Positions 12,701 to 25,933 of a DNA stretch of 45,635 nucleotides are shown piece by piece. The position numbers and the translations under genes were made by a program. Source of the DNA: Paraspadella gotoi (Eukaryota; Animalia; Chaetognatha); the NCBI GenBank assembly GCA_051294375.1, contig JBJCIZ010000631.1:33429-79063 (forward strand), read 5' to 3'. How positions within the stretch are numbered: the first letter of the stretch is position 1; each line of letters begins with the position of its first letter. Below the pieces are notes generated by a model that saw only the letters and a program-made list of their open reading frames with translations, was not told the DNA's origin and ran no database searches.

Positions 12701-14125
12701 AACGTTTTTATCTTCTTTTTTACAAATCGTCCTCGGTTTAGCTTAAAGAGAAAAAGCGTTTTCTTTGTTTTTAAAGTTTTTATCTCTTTGGAAATGTCGT
12801 CTGCCGGTGTATTTAACGTTTTTTATCACTTTTTACATTAGAAAAGTCGTTTATCGGTGGTTTTTTATCTCTTTTTACATGGGAAAATCGTTTGCGGTTT
12901 TTTTAAATTTTTATTCTTTTTATATTTGGAAAAGAAGTTGCTAGTGTTTTTAACTTTTATCTCTTTTTACATTGGAAATGTCGTCTGCCGGTGTATTTAA
13001 CGTTTTTTATCTACTTTTTACATTAAAAAGTCGTTTGTCGATGTTTTTAACCTTTTTATCTCTTTTTATATTGAAAAGTTGTTTGCCGAAGTTTTTAAGC
13101 GTTTTTTTATCTTTTTACATTGAAAATATCGTTGTCGCGTGTTTTCTAGTTTTTATCTTTTTACATTTGAAAAAAGCGTTTTTCTTTGTTTTCTAAAGTT
13201 TTTATCTCTTTTTATATTGGAAAATCGTTTGTCCGTGTTTTTAAGTTTATTTCTTTTTACATTGGAAAAAATCGTTTTCTGTTATTTTTAAAGTTTTCAT
13301 ATCTTTTTACAAGGAAAAGTCGTTTTCTGGTGTTTTTAACGTTTTTATCTATTGAGAGTGAGAGAAAGCTACATAAAATTAAAGAGAAAAGAGAGAGAGA
13401 AGGAGACATAAATAAAAGAGAGGAAATTTGTTTGTTTTGAAATAAAAAATATTTAATAACTGTCCTCCACCCAATTTTAACAACCTCGATATTTTTTGCA
13501 GAAGAGTTTTAACGTTTTTATTTCTTTTTTCTTTGAAAATATCGTTTTCCGGTGTTTTTAGTTTTTATCTTTTTTTACATTGAGAAAAAGCGTTTTTCGG
13601 TTTTAATTTTTTTATCTCTTTTAAAAAGAAAGTCGTTTTGATGTTTTTACGTTTTTAGTTTTTTAACATAGGAATAGTCGTTTGACGGTGTTTTAACGTT
13701 TTATTTCTTTTTTTTATTGAAAAGTCGTTTGATTTTTTACGTTTTTTAATCTTTTTACATTGGAAATGCTTTTTCGGTGTTTTTTAACGTTTTATCTCTT
13801 TTTACGATTGGAAAAAGCGTTTTTTTTTGTTTTTAAAGTTTTTATATCTTTTTGGAAAAGTCGTGTGCTGGTGTTTTAACGTTTTTTATCTCTTTTAACA
13901 TTGAAAATCGTTTACCAGTGTTTTTAAAAGTTTTATCTCTCTTTAATTAGGAAAACTCTTTTGCCAGTTGTTTTTTACGTTTTCATCTCTTTTTACATGT
14001 CTGAATAGTCGTTTGCCGCGTCTTTTTCAACTTTTATATCTGTTATTATACAGCGTAAAGTCGTTTGTTTTCATCTCTTTTTTATAAGGAAAAGTCGTTT
14101 TCCGAATTTTAACGTTTTTATCTTT
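9762..14125 (-). repeat. 49-bp satellite / 1.4-kb HOR, reverse orientation (includes a 25-N gap at 10989-11013; indel-rich after it)
   Basis: Reverse-complement monomers, with the spacer block near 10030, 10850, 12020 and 13460. Confidence 0.93.
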
Positions 14126-14126
14126 T

Positions 14127-15358
14127 TTGTTTGCTGCTTGTATCCATCGTTTTTTCCACCTATTTTTCTCTCCTTTCCTCCTTTTTATCCCTTCCTTTTC
14201 AAAACGTAGGAAAAGAGATCGTGTCGCTCCATTAGTTCCTCATATGAAATTGCGTGTGAGATTGGCCCGCAGGCCACGCCTCCACCAACACGCCATGCCG
14301 TCACGCGCCGATTCACCGCCTCACCCTTTCCCTCGGCTGCGTCGGAAAAGTGATTTATCCTCCCTGGTTATTCGTTGGAACGATTCTTATAACAAATGAT
14401 ACTCGTGAAAATGATACTGCTATGGTGGACTAAATTCCACCCATCCGTTCATTCAGCGGTCATCTGCGTTCCTGGAAGCAGAGTCATGTCGCACTACCCA
14501 ACCCTATAGGTTCCGCGGGTTCTAAGCCGCGAGTTGGCGTCGCCTCGCAGTTCAAGAGGACCGGGGCGCTTAAGCCGCCTGTAACACGCGTGTTACAGCC
14601 TGATCCGGAATGCTCAAGCGGACTGCTTCACAATATTCAGAACGTCTTCATCTAAACTTACATAATAATTATCACTGGTAATCTTCCACTGCGATGTAAT
14701 TCACGTGCGGTCAGTCGGGTCGTTAATCTCCACCGATCGTTCTGTAATTCATATCTCTCATCTTCTCACCTGTACCCCAGATATTTACGCTCCGCGCTAA
14801 GAGAAACAATCCGAAAAAACCAAGCGGTTTTCTGTATGTAATTTACTGGTTTCCTAGCCAATCTATAGCACTAGTAGCTAAGAAAACTACTAGTGTTCGT
14901 GCTTTCTCAACGCCGCCGGCCCCCAACCCGAAAACCGAAATCACTAAAGGGTTCTGGCTCCGCACATATAATATCTAAAAAGAAAAACCACCTGGCCTTT
15001 CAATCGACAATCTTCTTTTAAAATTTATTTCTTATATTTTGCGCGTTTTTTACTGTAGAGTCAAATAAAAAATATTTGCAGCGGTCTTGTACTGATATTT
15101 CGATTCTGTTGGGTTTAGCCTATCTTTCAAGCACAATATCGAAAAACCCCCCCCCCATAAAATTAAATTCATAAGTAATAAATAAATCCCAATGAGTCAA
15201 AAAATTTTCTCTGAAAATATTTGTTTTAGGTACACTTTCGTTGCTGAACAAAGAAAATTCATAGACAAATATAGTAATCAATATGGAGCCCCCTGAAACT
15301 ACCTATATTTTATTTGTAAATTAACCCTCCTCTATCTGATAAAAGCACTTGATATCAT
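14127..15358. repeat. Indel-rich duplicate of the unique satellite flank at ~19001-20087 (probable assembly artefact)
   Basis: Collinear with 19001-20087 (e.g. aaaagagatcgtgtcgctccattagttcctcatatgaaatt) but with many scattered 1-bp insertions. Confidence 0.9.
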
Positions 15359-18300
15359 GAGAGAGAGAAGGAGACATAAAAATAAAAGAGAGGAATTTAG
15401 TTTGTTTTGATAAAACTTAAAAAAAACATATTTAATAACTGTCCTCACCCAATTTTAACAACCTCGATGATGTTATTTGCAGAAGTTTTTAACGTTTTTA
15501 TTTCTTTTTTTACATTGGAAAAAGCGTTTTTCTTTGTTTTTAAAGCTTTTATCTCCTTATTGAAGAAGTTGTTTTCTGGTGTTTTCAACCTTTTTATCCT
15601 TTTTTACAATGGAAAAGACGTTTTTTGGTGTTTTTAATGTTTTTAGCTCTTTTTACATAGGAAAAGGAAAAGGAAAAGTCGTTTTTCGGTGTTTTTAAAG
15701 TTTTCTTCTCTTTTTACAAGGAGAAAAGTCGTTTTTTGATGTTTTTAACGTTTTTAGCTTTTTTTACATAAGAATAGTCGTTTGACGGGTTTTTCAACGG
15801 TTTTATTTCTTTTTCTATTGAAAAAGTCGTTTGCCAAAGTTTTTAACGCTTTTATCTCTTTTTACATTGGAAAAAGCGTTTTTCTTTGTTTTTAAAGTTT
15901 TTATCTCTTTGGAAAAGTCGTTTGCTTGTGTTTTTAACTTTATTATCTCTTTATACTTTAGAAAAGTCGTTTATCGTTTTTTTTATTTCCTTTTACATTG
16001 GAAAAATCGTTTGCCGGTTTTTTAAAAGTGTTTATTTCTTTTTATATTGGAAAAGAAGTTTGCTAGTGTTTTTAACGTTTTTATCTCTTTTTACATTGGA
16101 AATGTCGTCTGCCGGTGTATTTAACGTTTTTATCTCTTTTTAAATGAGAAAAAGCGTTTTTCTTTGTTTTTAAAGTTTTTATCTCTTTGGAAATGTCGTC
16201 TGCCGGTGTATTTAACATTTTTATCACTTTTTACATTAGAAAAGTCGTTTATCGGTGTTTTTTATCTCTTTTTACATTGGGAAAATCGTTTGCCGGTTTT
16301 TTTTAAATTTTATTTCTTTTTATTTTGGAAAAGAAGTTTGCTAGTGTTTTTAACATTTTTATCTCTTTTTACATTGGAAATGTCGTCTGCCGGTGTATTT
16401 AACGTTTTTATCACTTTTTACATTAGAAAAGTCGTTTGTCGATGTTTTTAACCTTTTTATCTCTTTTTATATTGAAAAATTTGTTTGCCGAAGTTTTTAA
16501 GGTTTTCATTTCTTTTTACATTGAAAATATCGTTTGCCGGTGTTTTCTAAGTTTTTATCTCTTTTAACATTGGAAAAAGCGTTTTTCTTTGTTTTTAAAG
16601 TTTTTATCTTTTTTTATATTGGAAAAGTCGTTTGTCGGTGTTTTTAACGCATTTATTTCTTTTTACATTGGAAAAAATCGTTTTCTGTTATTTTTAAAGT
16701 TTTCATATCTTTTTACAGAGGAAAAGTCGTTTTCTGGTATATTTAACGTTTTTATCTATTGAGAGTGAGAGAAAGCTACATAAAATTAAAAGAGAAAAGA
16801 GAGAGAGAAGGAGACATAAAAAAATAAGAGAGGAATTTAGTTTGTTTTGATAAAACGTAAAAAAACATATTTAATAACTGTCCTCACCCAATTTTAACAA
16901 CCTCGATGATGTTATTTGCAGAAGTTTTTAACGTTTTTATTTCTTTTTTCTTTGAAATTATCGTTTTCCGGTGTTTTCTACGTTTTATCTTTTCTTACAT
17001 TGGAAAAAACGTTTTTCTTTGTTTTTAAAGTTTTTATCTCCTTATTGAAGAAGTTGTTTTCTGGTGTTTTCAACCTTTTTATCCTTTTTTACAATGGAAA
17101 AGACGTTTTTCGGTGTTTTTAATGTTTTTAGCTCTTTTTACATAGGTAAAGGAAAAGGAAAAGTCGTTTTTCGGTGTTTTTAACGTTTTCTTCTCTTTTT
17201 ACAAAAGAAAAGTCGTTTTTTGATGTTTTTAACGTTTTTAGCTTTTTTTACACAGGAATAGTCTTTTGACGGGTTTTTCAACGGTTTTATTTCTTTTTCT
17301 ATTGGAAAAGTCGTTTGCCAAAGTTTTCAACGTTTTTTTTCCTTTTTTACATTGGAAAAAGCGTTTTTCTTTGTTTTTAAAGTTTTTATCTTTTTGGAAA
17401 AGTCGTTTGCTGGTCTTTTTAACGTTATTATCTCTTTTTACATTAGAAAAGTCGTTTATCGGTTTTTTTTATCTCTTTTTACATTGAAAAAATCGTTTGC
17501 CGGTTTTTTAAAAGTTTTTATTTCTTTTTATATTGGAAAAGAAGTTTGCAAGTGTTTTTAACGTTTTTATCTTTTTTTACATTGGAAAAAGCGTTTTTCT
17601 TTGTTTTTAAAGTTTTTATCTCTTTGGAAATGTCGTCTGCCGGTGTATTTAACGTTTTTATCACTTTTTACATTAGAAAAGTCGTTTATCGGTGGTTTTT
17701 ATCTCTTTTTACATGGGAAAAATCGTTTGCCGGTTTTTTTAAAGTTTTTATCTCTTTTTATATTGGAAAAGAAGTTTGCTAGTGTTTTTAACGCTTTTAT
17801 CTCTTTTTACATTGGAAATGTCGTCTGCCGGTGTATTTAACGTTTTTATCTCTTTTTACATTGGAAAAGTCGTTTGTCGATGTTTTTAACCTTTTTATCT
17901 CTTTTTATATTGAAAAAGTTGTTTGCCGAAGTTTTTAAGGTTTTTTTTTCTTTTTACATTGAAAATATCGTTTGTCGGTGTTTTCTACGTTTTTATCTTA
18001 TTTTACATTGAAAAAAGCGTTTTTCTTTGTTTCTAAAGTTTTTATCTCTTTTTATATTGGAAAAGTCGTTTGTCGGTGTTTTTAACGCATTTATTTCTTT
18101 TTACATTGGAAAAAATCGTTTTCTGTTATTTTTAAAGTTTTCATATCTTTTTACAAAGGAAAAGTCGTTTTCTGGTGTTTTTAACGTTTTTATCTACTGA
18201 GAGTAGGAGAAAGCTACATAAAATTAAAAGAGAAAAGAGAGAGAGAAGGAGACATGAAATTAAAAGAGAGGAAATTTGTTTGTTTTGATAAAACGTAAAA

Positions 18301-19005
18301 AAAACATATTTAATAACTGTCCTCACCCAATTTTAACAACCTCGATGATCTTGTTTGAAGAAGTTTTTAACGTTTTTATTTCTTTTTTCTTTGAAAATAT
18401 CGTTTTCCGGTGTTTTCTACGTTTTTATCTTTTTTTACAATGGAAAATACGTTTTTCGGTGTTTTTAACTTTTTCATCTCTTTTTACAAAAGAAAAGTCG
18501 TTTTTTGATGTTTTTAACGTTTTTAGTTTTTTTAACATAGGAATAGTCGTTTGACGAGTTTTTCAACGTTTTATTTCTTTTTTTATTGGAAAAGTCGTTT
18601 GCCAAATTTTTTAACGTTTTTAATTCTTTTTACATTTGAAAAGTGCTTTTTCGGTGTTTTTAACGTTTTTATCTCTTTTTACGTTGGAAAAAGCGTTTTT
18701 TTTTTGTTTTTAAAGTTTTTATCTTTTTGGAAAAGTCGTGTGCTGGTGTTTTTAACGTTTTTTTCTCTTTTCACATTGGAAAAGTCGTTTACCAGTGTTT
18801 TAAAAGTTTATATCTCTCTTTACATAGGAAAACTCTTTTGCCAGTGTTTTTTACGTTTTCATCTCTTTTTACATTTGAATAGTCGTTTGCCGGTCTTTTC
18901 AACTTTTATATCTGTTTTTATACAGGTAAAGTCGTTTGTTTTCATCTCTTTTTTATAGGAAAAGTCGTTTTCCGAAGTTTTTAACGTTTTTATCTTTTTT
19001 TGTTT
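15359..19005 (-). repeat. 49-bp satellite / 1.44-kb HOR, reverse orientation; right end of the array
   Basis: Spacer block near 15440, 16880 and 18320 (period ~1440 bp). Monomers stop at ~19.0 kb. Confidence 0.95.
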
Positions 19006-20352
19006 GCTGTTGTATCCATCGTTTTTTCCACCTATTTTTCTCTCCTTTCCTCCTTTTTTCCCTTCCTTTTCAAAACGTAGGAAAAGAGATCGTGTCGCTC
19101 CATTAGTTCCTCATATGAAATTCGGTGAGATGGCCCGAGGCCACGCCTCCAACACGCCATGCCGTCACGCCGCCGATTCACCGCCTCACCCTTTTCCCTC
19201 GGCGTCGGAAAAGTGATTTTCCTCCCTGGTTATTCGTTGGAACGATTCTTACAAATGATACTCGTGAAAATGATACTGCTATGGTGGACTAAATTCCACC
19301 ATCCGTTCATCAGCGGTCATTGGTTCCGGAGGCAAGTCATTCGCCTCCCAACCCAAAGGTCCGGGGTTCTAGCCCGGTGGTCGCCTCGCAGTTAAGAGGG
19401 ACGGGGCGCTTAAGCCGCCTGTAACACGGTGTTACAGCCTGATCCGAAGCTCAGGGACTGCTTATATTGAACGGTTCTGTCACTAACACATAATAATTAT
19501 CACTGTATCTTCACTGCGATGTAATTCACGGTGCGGTCAGTCGGGTCGTTCTCTGGAATCATATCTCTCTCTCTCATGTACCCCAAGATATTTCGCTCCG
19601 CGCTAAGAAACAAATCCGAAAAAACCAAGCGGTTTCTGATAATTTTGGTTCCTAGCAATAGTAGCACTAGTAGCTAGAAACTACAGTGTTTGTGCTTTCC
19701 AACGCCGCCGGAACAAAAAAATCAATAAAGGTCTGGTGCAAATAATACTAAAAAAAAAACACTGCTTTCAATCGAATTTCTTTTAAATTTTTTTTATATT
19801 TTGCGGTTTTTACTGTAGAAGTCAAATATATTTGCAGCGGTCTTGTACTGATTTCGATTCTGTTGGGTTTAGGCTATCTTTCAAGCACATATCGAAAAAA
19901 TAAAATTAATTTCATAGTATAAAATAATAGCAATGAGTCAAAAATTTTCTCTGAAAATATTTTGTTTTAGGTACATTTCGTTGCTGGAACAAAGAAAATT
20001 CATAGACAATATAGTATCAATATGGAGCCCTGAAATACCTTATTTTATTTGTAATTAACCTCTTTATTGATAAAAGCCTTGTATCATAATATAAAATGAA
20101 AATTACAATTTCACCATACCGCTACGTTCATTTGCATGTTATTAAAAGACTGTAAAGACTTTAAATAAAAATCTTTTATATTCATTTAGCTAATTAGTAT
20201 TATGCAAAGGTTTTAATTTGCACCTAAAGATGACCCAAATTTATAAATCTGGTAAAGAGCCTTTAGCCCTGTGTCTGTCATTTTTAAATCAGCCGGAACA
20301 AAGTTTGAGCTCCTGAGTTTTCAAATTTAAATAAATGTACTACATGAAATTT

Positions 20353-21381
20353 ATCAGCAGATACCGACTCTATAATTCTCTTTGTCGGTCCGTCGGTCCC
20401 ACCCCTAAATCTTGTCGGTAGATCATTTTTATCACATCAGAACATCATATTATGCTAAATTAAGCATAAAAAACGATGTCCGTCCGTCCATCCGTTTCTC
20501 CGTCCGTCCGTCCGTCCGTCCCCCCTTAGCAAAAATGAGTTTAAATGAAAAAAAAACATAAGTCACTTTTATTTGAATCTTTTTAATAATTTTAATCCAT
20601 TATTACTCGAATTAATCATATTTGGATAGATTGATTGAGATTAAATTTTGTGTGTGGGTAGGAAAGTGTGTGTTGAAGCTGGATATAAAGTTTAGATGGA
20701 ATTGTGTAAGTGGAAACGAGTTTAAATGGAAAAAAAACATAAGTCACTTTTATTTGAATCTTTTTAATAATTTTAATCCATAATTAATAAATAAACTATT
20801 ATAATTTTTTTCACTTGCATATTTTTTTTACTTGCATCATTTTTTCAACTTACATCTTTTTTTACTTGCATCATTTTTTCAACTTGCATCATTTTTTCAA
20901 CTTGCATCATTTTTTCAACTCGCACCATTTTTTTAACTCTCATTAGTTTTCAAATTTGTATCATTTTTTCAACTCGCATAAGTTTTTTAACTCGCATCTT
21001 TTTTTCAACTTGCATCTTTTTTTCAACTTGCATCATTTTTTCAACTTGCATCATTTTTTCAACTTGTATCTTTTTTTTCAATTTGCATCATTTTTTCAAC
21101 TTGCATCATTCTTTCAACTTGAATCATTCTTTCAGCTTGCAACAATCTTTCAATATGCATCATTTTTTCATTTAAGTTAATGTGACTTATGTTTTTTCAA
21201 TTTAAACTCATTTCCAGTCGCACGATTCCATCGCAACTTTATATCCCGCTCAATCACACACTTTCCTACCCACACAAGAAATGTCATTTCAATCCAACCA
21301 TCCATCCAAGATTTAGGGGTGGGACCGACGGACCGACAAAATGTATTATAGAGTCGGAATCTGCTGATAAGCAGATCCGAC
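20353..21381 (+). mobile_element. Helentron/DINE-1-like non-autonomous element family A, fold-back copy
   Basis: 5' end atcagcagataccgactctataa...tgtcggtccgtcggtccc, (gtcc)n microsatellite at ~20478-20520, and inverted copy of the 5' end at 21311-21368 followed by the family 3' motif gcagatccgac (21371-21381). Homologous to the copies at 26371 and 30056. Confidence 0.7.
20805..21165 (-). repeat. 18-bp minisatellite (aacttgcatcattttttc)n
   Basis: About 20 tandem units. The reverse complement gatgcaagttgaaaaaat resembles tatgccagttgaccaaat at 26961. Confidence 0.9.
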
Positions 21382-22096
21382 AAAAAAAAAGAAAAGAAAA
21401 ATATGTAGAATAGGAAATATTAAATTATGAAAAACGGAAAACTTTAAAATTATAAAAAAGAGAGAAAAAATATTACAAAAATAAGATAAAAATAATGAGA
21501 CAAAAGAATAACAATGAGGAAAGAAAAACAAAGACCAAAAGAAAACAAAGGAAACCAAGCCTAAGTAGAAAATATAAAAAAAGAGAAAACTGAAAGTGAA
21601 ATAGAAAAGAAAGAGAGAAAAAAAGTAAAGTAAGAAATAAAAAGAAAATAGTTTCGGATGAATGAAGTTCGGAAATGGATCGAAGAAAAACTCGGTTTCC
21701 GTTGACGAGCGTTTTATTCAACAAGGTTTTCGTGTTTGGAATCTCACGAATAAAAAAAATATAACTTTATTCTCAAAGCATTACCGCCGAAAAACGACAA
21801 TAAAAACATCTATTTCAAGTACTAAAGCACCACAGATTAGGAATGACAGAAGATCTTCCAAATGTTTTATCATGATGTCAGTACTTGGGATGCGGTATAA
21901 ATAAGACTTATTATAAGTACTAGCGAACTGATTTGTTATGTTGTCCAATGGCTTCTAAGTTCAAAGCCACGTTTACGCATCCATCGAGGGACGTTGATGA
22001 AATGAAAACCACAAATGTTAAAAACAACGTTCGATAGCTTTGCTCACTGAATTAGGAAGGAGACATTATTCAAGATTTTCTGCATTTCATATATTT

Positions 22097-23268
22097 TTAT
22101 CGAGCCTTGACCGGCGCAAGCCGCGAGTCAGGACTCTATAATGCTTTTAGGGTTGCTTCTTTGTGACGTAGTCCGTCGTCGTCGTCGTTGTCGCTCTCGT
22201 CACGCTGGTTTTAAATAAAAAACTACTTACGCTTATTTAGTATTGTGCCTGTGACTTACCTTTTTTTTTTAAATAAAAATTATTATGAATTATGATAAAG
22301 TTTTACAAAAAGTGTGCAATCATAGTAAGTTAAAAATTTAGATATGGCTTCTCTCATTTTGAAATAGCTTTGATATTTTCTTATTACATTTGGAATTAAG
22401 TATTTTTTGTTTGAATTTCCACTTCATTATGATTTACTGCAATATGCAAATGAGATTATAGTACTCATTAAATATCCAAATTAGTATATGAGAAATGCTT
22501 TAATCTAATTTACATATATGCAGTATATAATATTGAAGATGAAATTCAAAAATTTTTTTTAAATTTCTAATAAAAATGGGAACTCAAAGGATTTTTTAAT
22601 GAGAAGCTATATCTTAATTTTAATACAAATAAAAATAAAATCTTTTACAAGCGTGCGATTGGAAAAAATTGGAAAAATTTCCAATTGTAAACAATTGTAA
22701 CATATTTTTGCCTTTCTTTTATTTCTTTGAATTATATATAATATATATTTTTTTTTTTGGTATTAATAAAAAAAAAAAAAAAAAAAAAATTTAGAAAAGA
22801 CGAGTTCAGCTCTGCAGTTACTGTACAGCGGCCTTCCAGCAGCTGTCCAGCTTTGTCTCTCTTTCTCTATTTTTCTCTGTACGATCTCATGCCTGATCGT
22901 TTTTTTTGAAAAATTCTGATTATTTTTTCCTTTTTAAAACTTTTATTATCGCCATTTATTCCGCGCCTTTTTTTTTCAATACAAAATCCTAAATTTACAT
23001 CCGAGATTTTCCTGGATACAATTTAGAAAAATGTGAAGAATAACTTATAACGAGTTCCGCCTCTGCAGCGTCTGTTCAGCTTCTTTCTCTCTCTCTCTTT
23101 CTCTCTCTCTTCTCTCTCTCCTCTCTCCTCTCTCTTCTCTCTCTCTCTCTCCCCATTTCTCTCTCTCTCTCTGTCCTATTTTTTTTAGTCACTTTTTTTT
23201 TCACCACCGTCACTTGGCGACGAGTAAACGAGTAAACGAGTTCCGCCTGCTGCAGCGTCTGTTCAGCT

Positions 23269-23303
<35 letters not shown>

Positions 23304-24046
23304 TCTCTCTTTGCGTGATCGTTCGTTTTTTAAAAAATTATATGTATTATTTTTACTTCTAAAAAATTTTATTTCGCCATTTATTCTCGATACAAAATCC
23401 CAAATTTACATCCGAGATTTTCGTGGATACATTGAGAAAAAGTGAATAATAACTTATAATGCCATGCAATGTCACATGAATTCTGCTAATGTGAGAGGTA
23501 GGCAATATCTTCCTTAATAAAGAACAATCTAAAATTTCATTCAAGATTAAAATTTTTTAAAATGAGGAATAAAATTTTTTTGATAAGTAAAAAAAATATT
23601 TGGAAGTCAAAAATATCATAGTCGTTAACTGAGTATTTTTCAACTATATATTTGTTAATAAAGATTATAATTTTTTGACCGTTATTATTGAAAATAGTTT
23701 AGCCTTATAGCGACGAGTTTTCATTTCATACAAATCAATATCAATCTCATTAATTTTCAATAATATGCAAAAAAAAAAAAGTTTTCAACCTCATTTTGAA
23801 CTAAGATGAACAAAAGACTTCAGTCTTATTTCAATTGAAAAAAAAAATAGAAAGTTAATTGATGCTTAATCACACTCTAATAAAACAATTTATTTTTATC
23901 ACGCCACTTTTTTCTTAATACAAAATCCCAAATTATATTTTGAGATTTTCGTTTATATTTTTCTTTTCTAAAACTTTTATTATTATTTTTTATATTCTCT
24001 CTATATTATTTCCTCTCACATCAACACTATGTTCGCTCTCCTCTCG

Positions 24047-24095
<49 letters not shown>

Positions 24096-24398
24096 AATTA
24101 ACTCATCACGTCAATGAATGACTAGCATCGCATCAATGAATGACTATCATCGCATCAATGAATGACTATCATCGCATCAATAATGATTATCATCCGATCA
24201 ATGAAGGACTATCATCGCATCAATGAATGATTATCATCGCATCAATGAATGACTATCATTGCATCCATCATTTGGTTATCATCGCATCAATCCTTCGCGT
24301 TATCATCGCATCAATATTTGGTTATCATCGCATCAAATATTTGGTGTTATCCATTCAAAATTAGGCTCGATTCCTTATGCTTTTAAGATTTTTTTTTA
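22097..24398 (+). mobile_element. Helentron/DINE-1-like non-autonomous element family B
   Basis: Subterminal inverted repeat atcgagcct (22099-22107) / aggctcgat (24363-24371). Also a 5' hairpin, (gtc)n microsatellite, internal tandem repeats, and a short 3' stem ctta..taag followed by a T run. Second copy at 43347. Confidence 0.7.
24105..24340 (+). repeat. 22-bp minisatellite (atcatcgcatcaatgaatgact)n
   Basis: About 10 tandem, progressively diverging units near the 3' end of the family B element. Confidence 0.9.
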
Positions 24399-25224
24399 AA
24401 GTTTTTCTTTTTTCGGTTTGGATTTAGATTTTTAAAATTGACGTTAATGGAGTTCTTTATCTTTCTTTCTAGGTTTTTTTCCTTTTTTCACTTGCCTTTC
24501 CATTTTAGCTTTTTCTTTCTCATTTTTAGTTTCCACTTTTTTTTCTGTACCTTCTTTGCCTTCCTAATTTTTGTTAATATATTTTCCGTTCCTACACTTT
24601 TAGCTTATCTTTTTTTCTTTCCTCCATTTTCCTTTCTTCGCTTTTATAATTCCCCTTTTCTCCTTCCATCCTTTTTCCTCTTTCCTTTCCTCCATTTTCC
24701 CTGCCTCAACTTTTAAGTCGCGAATGGCGACTTCAGTTCCAATTCACTTTTCGGTCCCTTGATCGCGGAGACTCTGTTGTATGGAAGAGGAAAAAAAAGA
24801 AAAAACCGGCAAAGAGATCGATTCCTGGCGGAAATGAATTGAACATAATAAACAACCAGTGGCAGCGCCAATACATTTATATCACTTTCAAGGGCTTCAA
24901 CTGAAATGTTACTGCAGCTAACTGCACAAATAATATTTGGCACTTTTTTTCATAGAAGCCCCCTTGCTGCGGCTCCTGAAGCAGCGGACTCAAACACACG
25001 CAAAAAAATTGTATCTTTTGCTGCTTTCATTGTCGCTTTATGCATCATTCCTTTTGTCGTCGCTCTCACCGTCGCAACTGCTTCCTCTATCGTTCAAATT
25101 ATCTTCGTCGTTTCTGTCGATCCTGATCCAGACGGAGGCTTAATTCTTTCTCACGCCGAGTCACCCAGCAAGCCACCCACTATGCCTAACCCTAATCCCA
25201 ACCCTAATTTTTAATATCTATCCC

Positions 25225-25883
25225 TGTAGCAACTTGGTGCGACTCTTCTCGCACTGAGCGTCGCCCAAAACGACAGCTAAAGGAGGAGGGAGAGGAGTCT
25301 GTATCTCCTGCACCAAAACAGGCAAGAACAGGCACTCACCCACCTCACCGTCAGGTGAGAGGAGGGCGATCGGCAGGCCTATCAGGCCAGAGAGATATTA
25401 GAGTGGCACTAGGCATTTTTTCAGGAGGATCCTTACCAGATCCTAAAACGTCTCGCTCTACAATCATATCATCTCAGCCAATGACAAGCCAATGACCCGA
25501 TCCTATCGCCAACGTCCCACCTTTGCCCGGCCGGGGGGGGGCAGCTCATTTTGAGCTCTTTTTCTTACCTTAATTTTCACTAACACTTTTACTTACCTAT
25601 CGCTCATTACTTTTTCTTCCATTTCAATTTCAACCTTTATTTAATTAATTAATTTATCATTTTTCATTGTTATTATTAGTTTAATTTTTAAGTTTGTTAA
25701 TTTATTCTCTTTCTCTTTATCATTGTTGTACATTTTCCAATGTAAAGATTTTTCTCTCTCTCTCTCTCTCACTCTCTCCCATTCTCACTCAATTTCAAAT
25801 TTTCACCAAACTCACTCCTCCCCTGTTCTTACCTTCACCTGTCCTCACAATCTGACCACTATCTTTTACTCAATTCTTTGTTG

Positions 25884-25933
<50 letters not shown>

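Noticed and set aside
129-18958. Dozens of F/L/K-rich ORFs in the satellite
   Set aside because: They are translations of the 49-bp repeat, overlap in several frames and recur with the repeat period, so they are not genes.
1-19005. CRISPR-like regular repeats
   Set aside because: Monomers are contiguous and diverged, with no unique spacers and no cas genes. The context is eukaryotic.
25185-25207. Telomere-like cctaaccctaatcccaaccctaa
   Set aside because: Only 3-4 imperfect units within a local repeat, too short to call an interstitial telomere.
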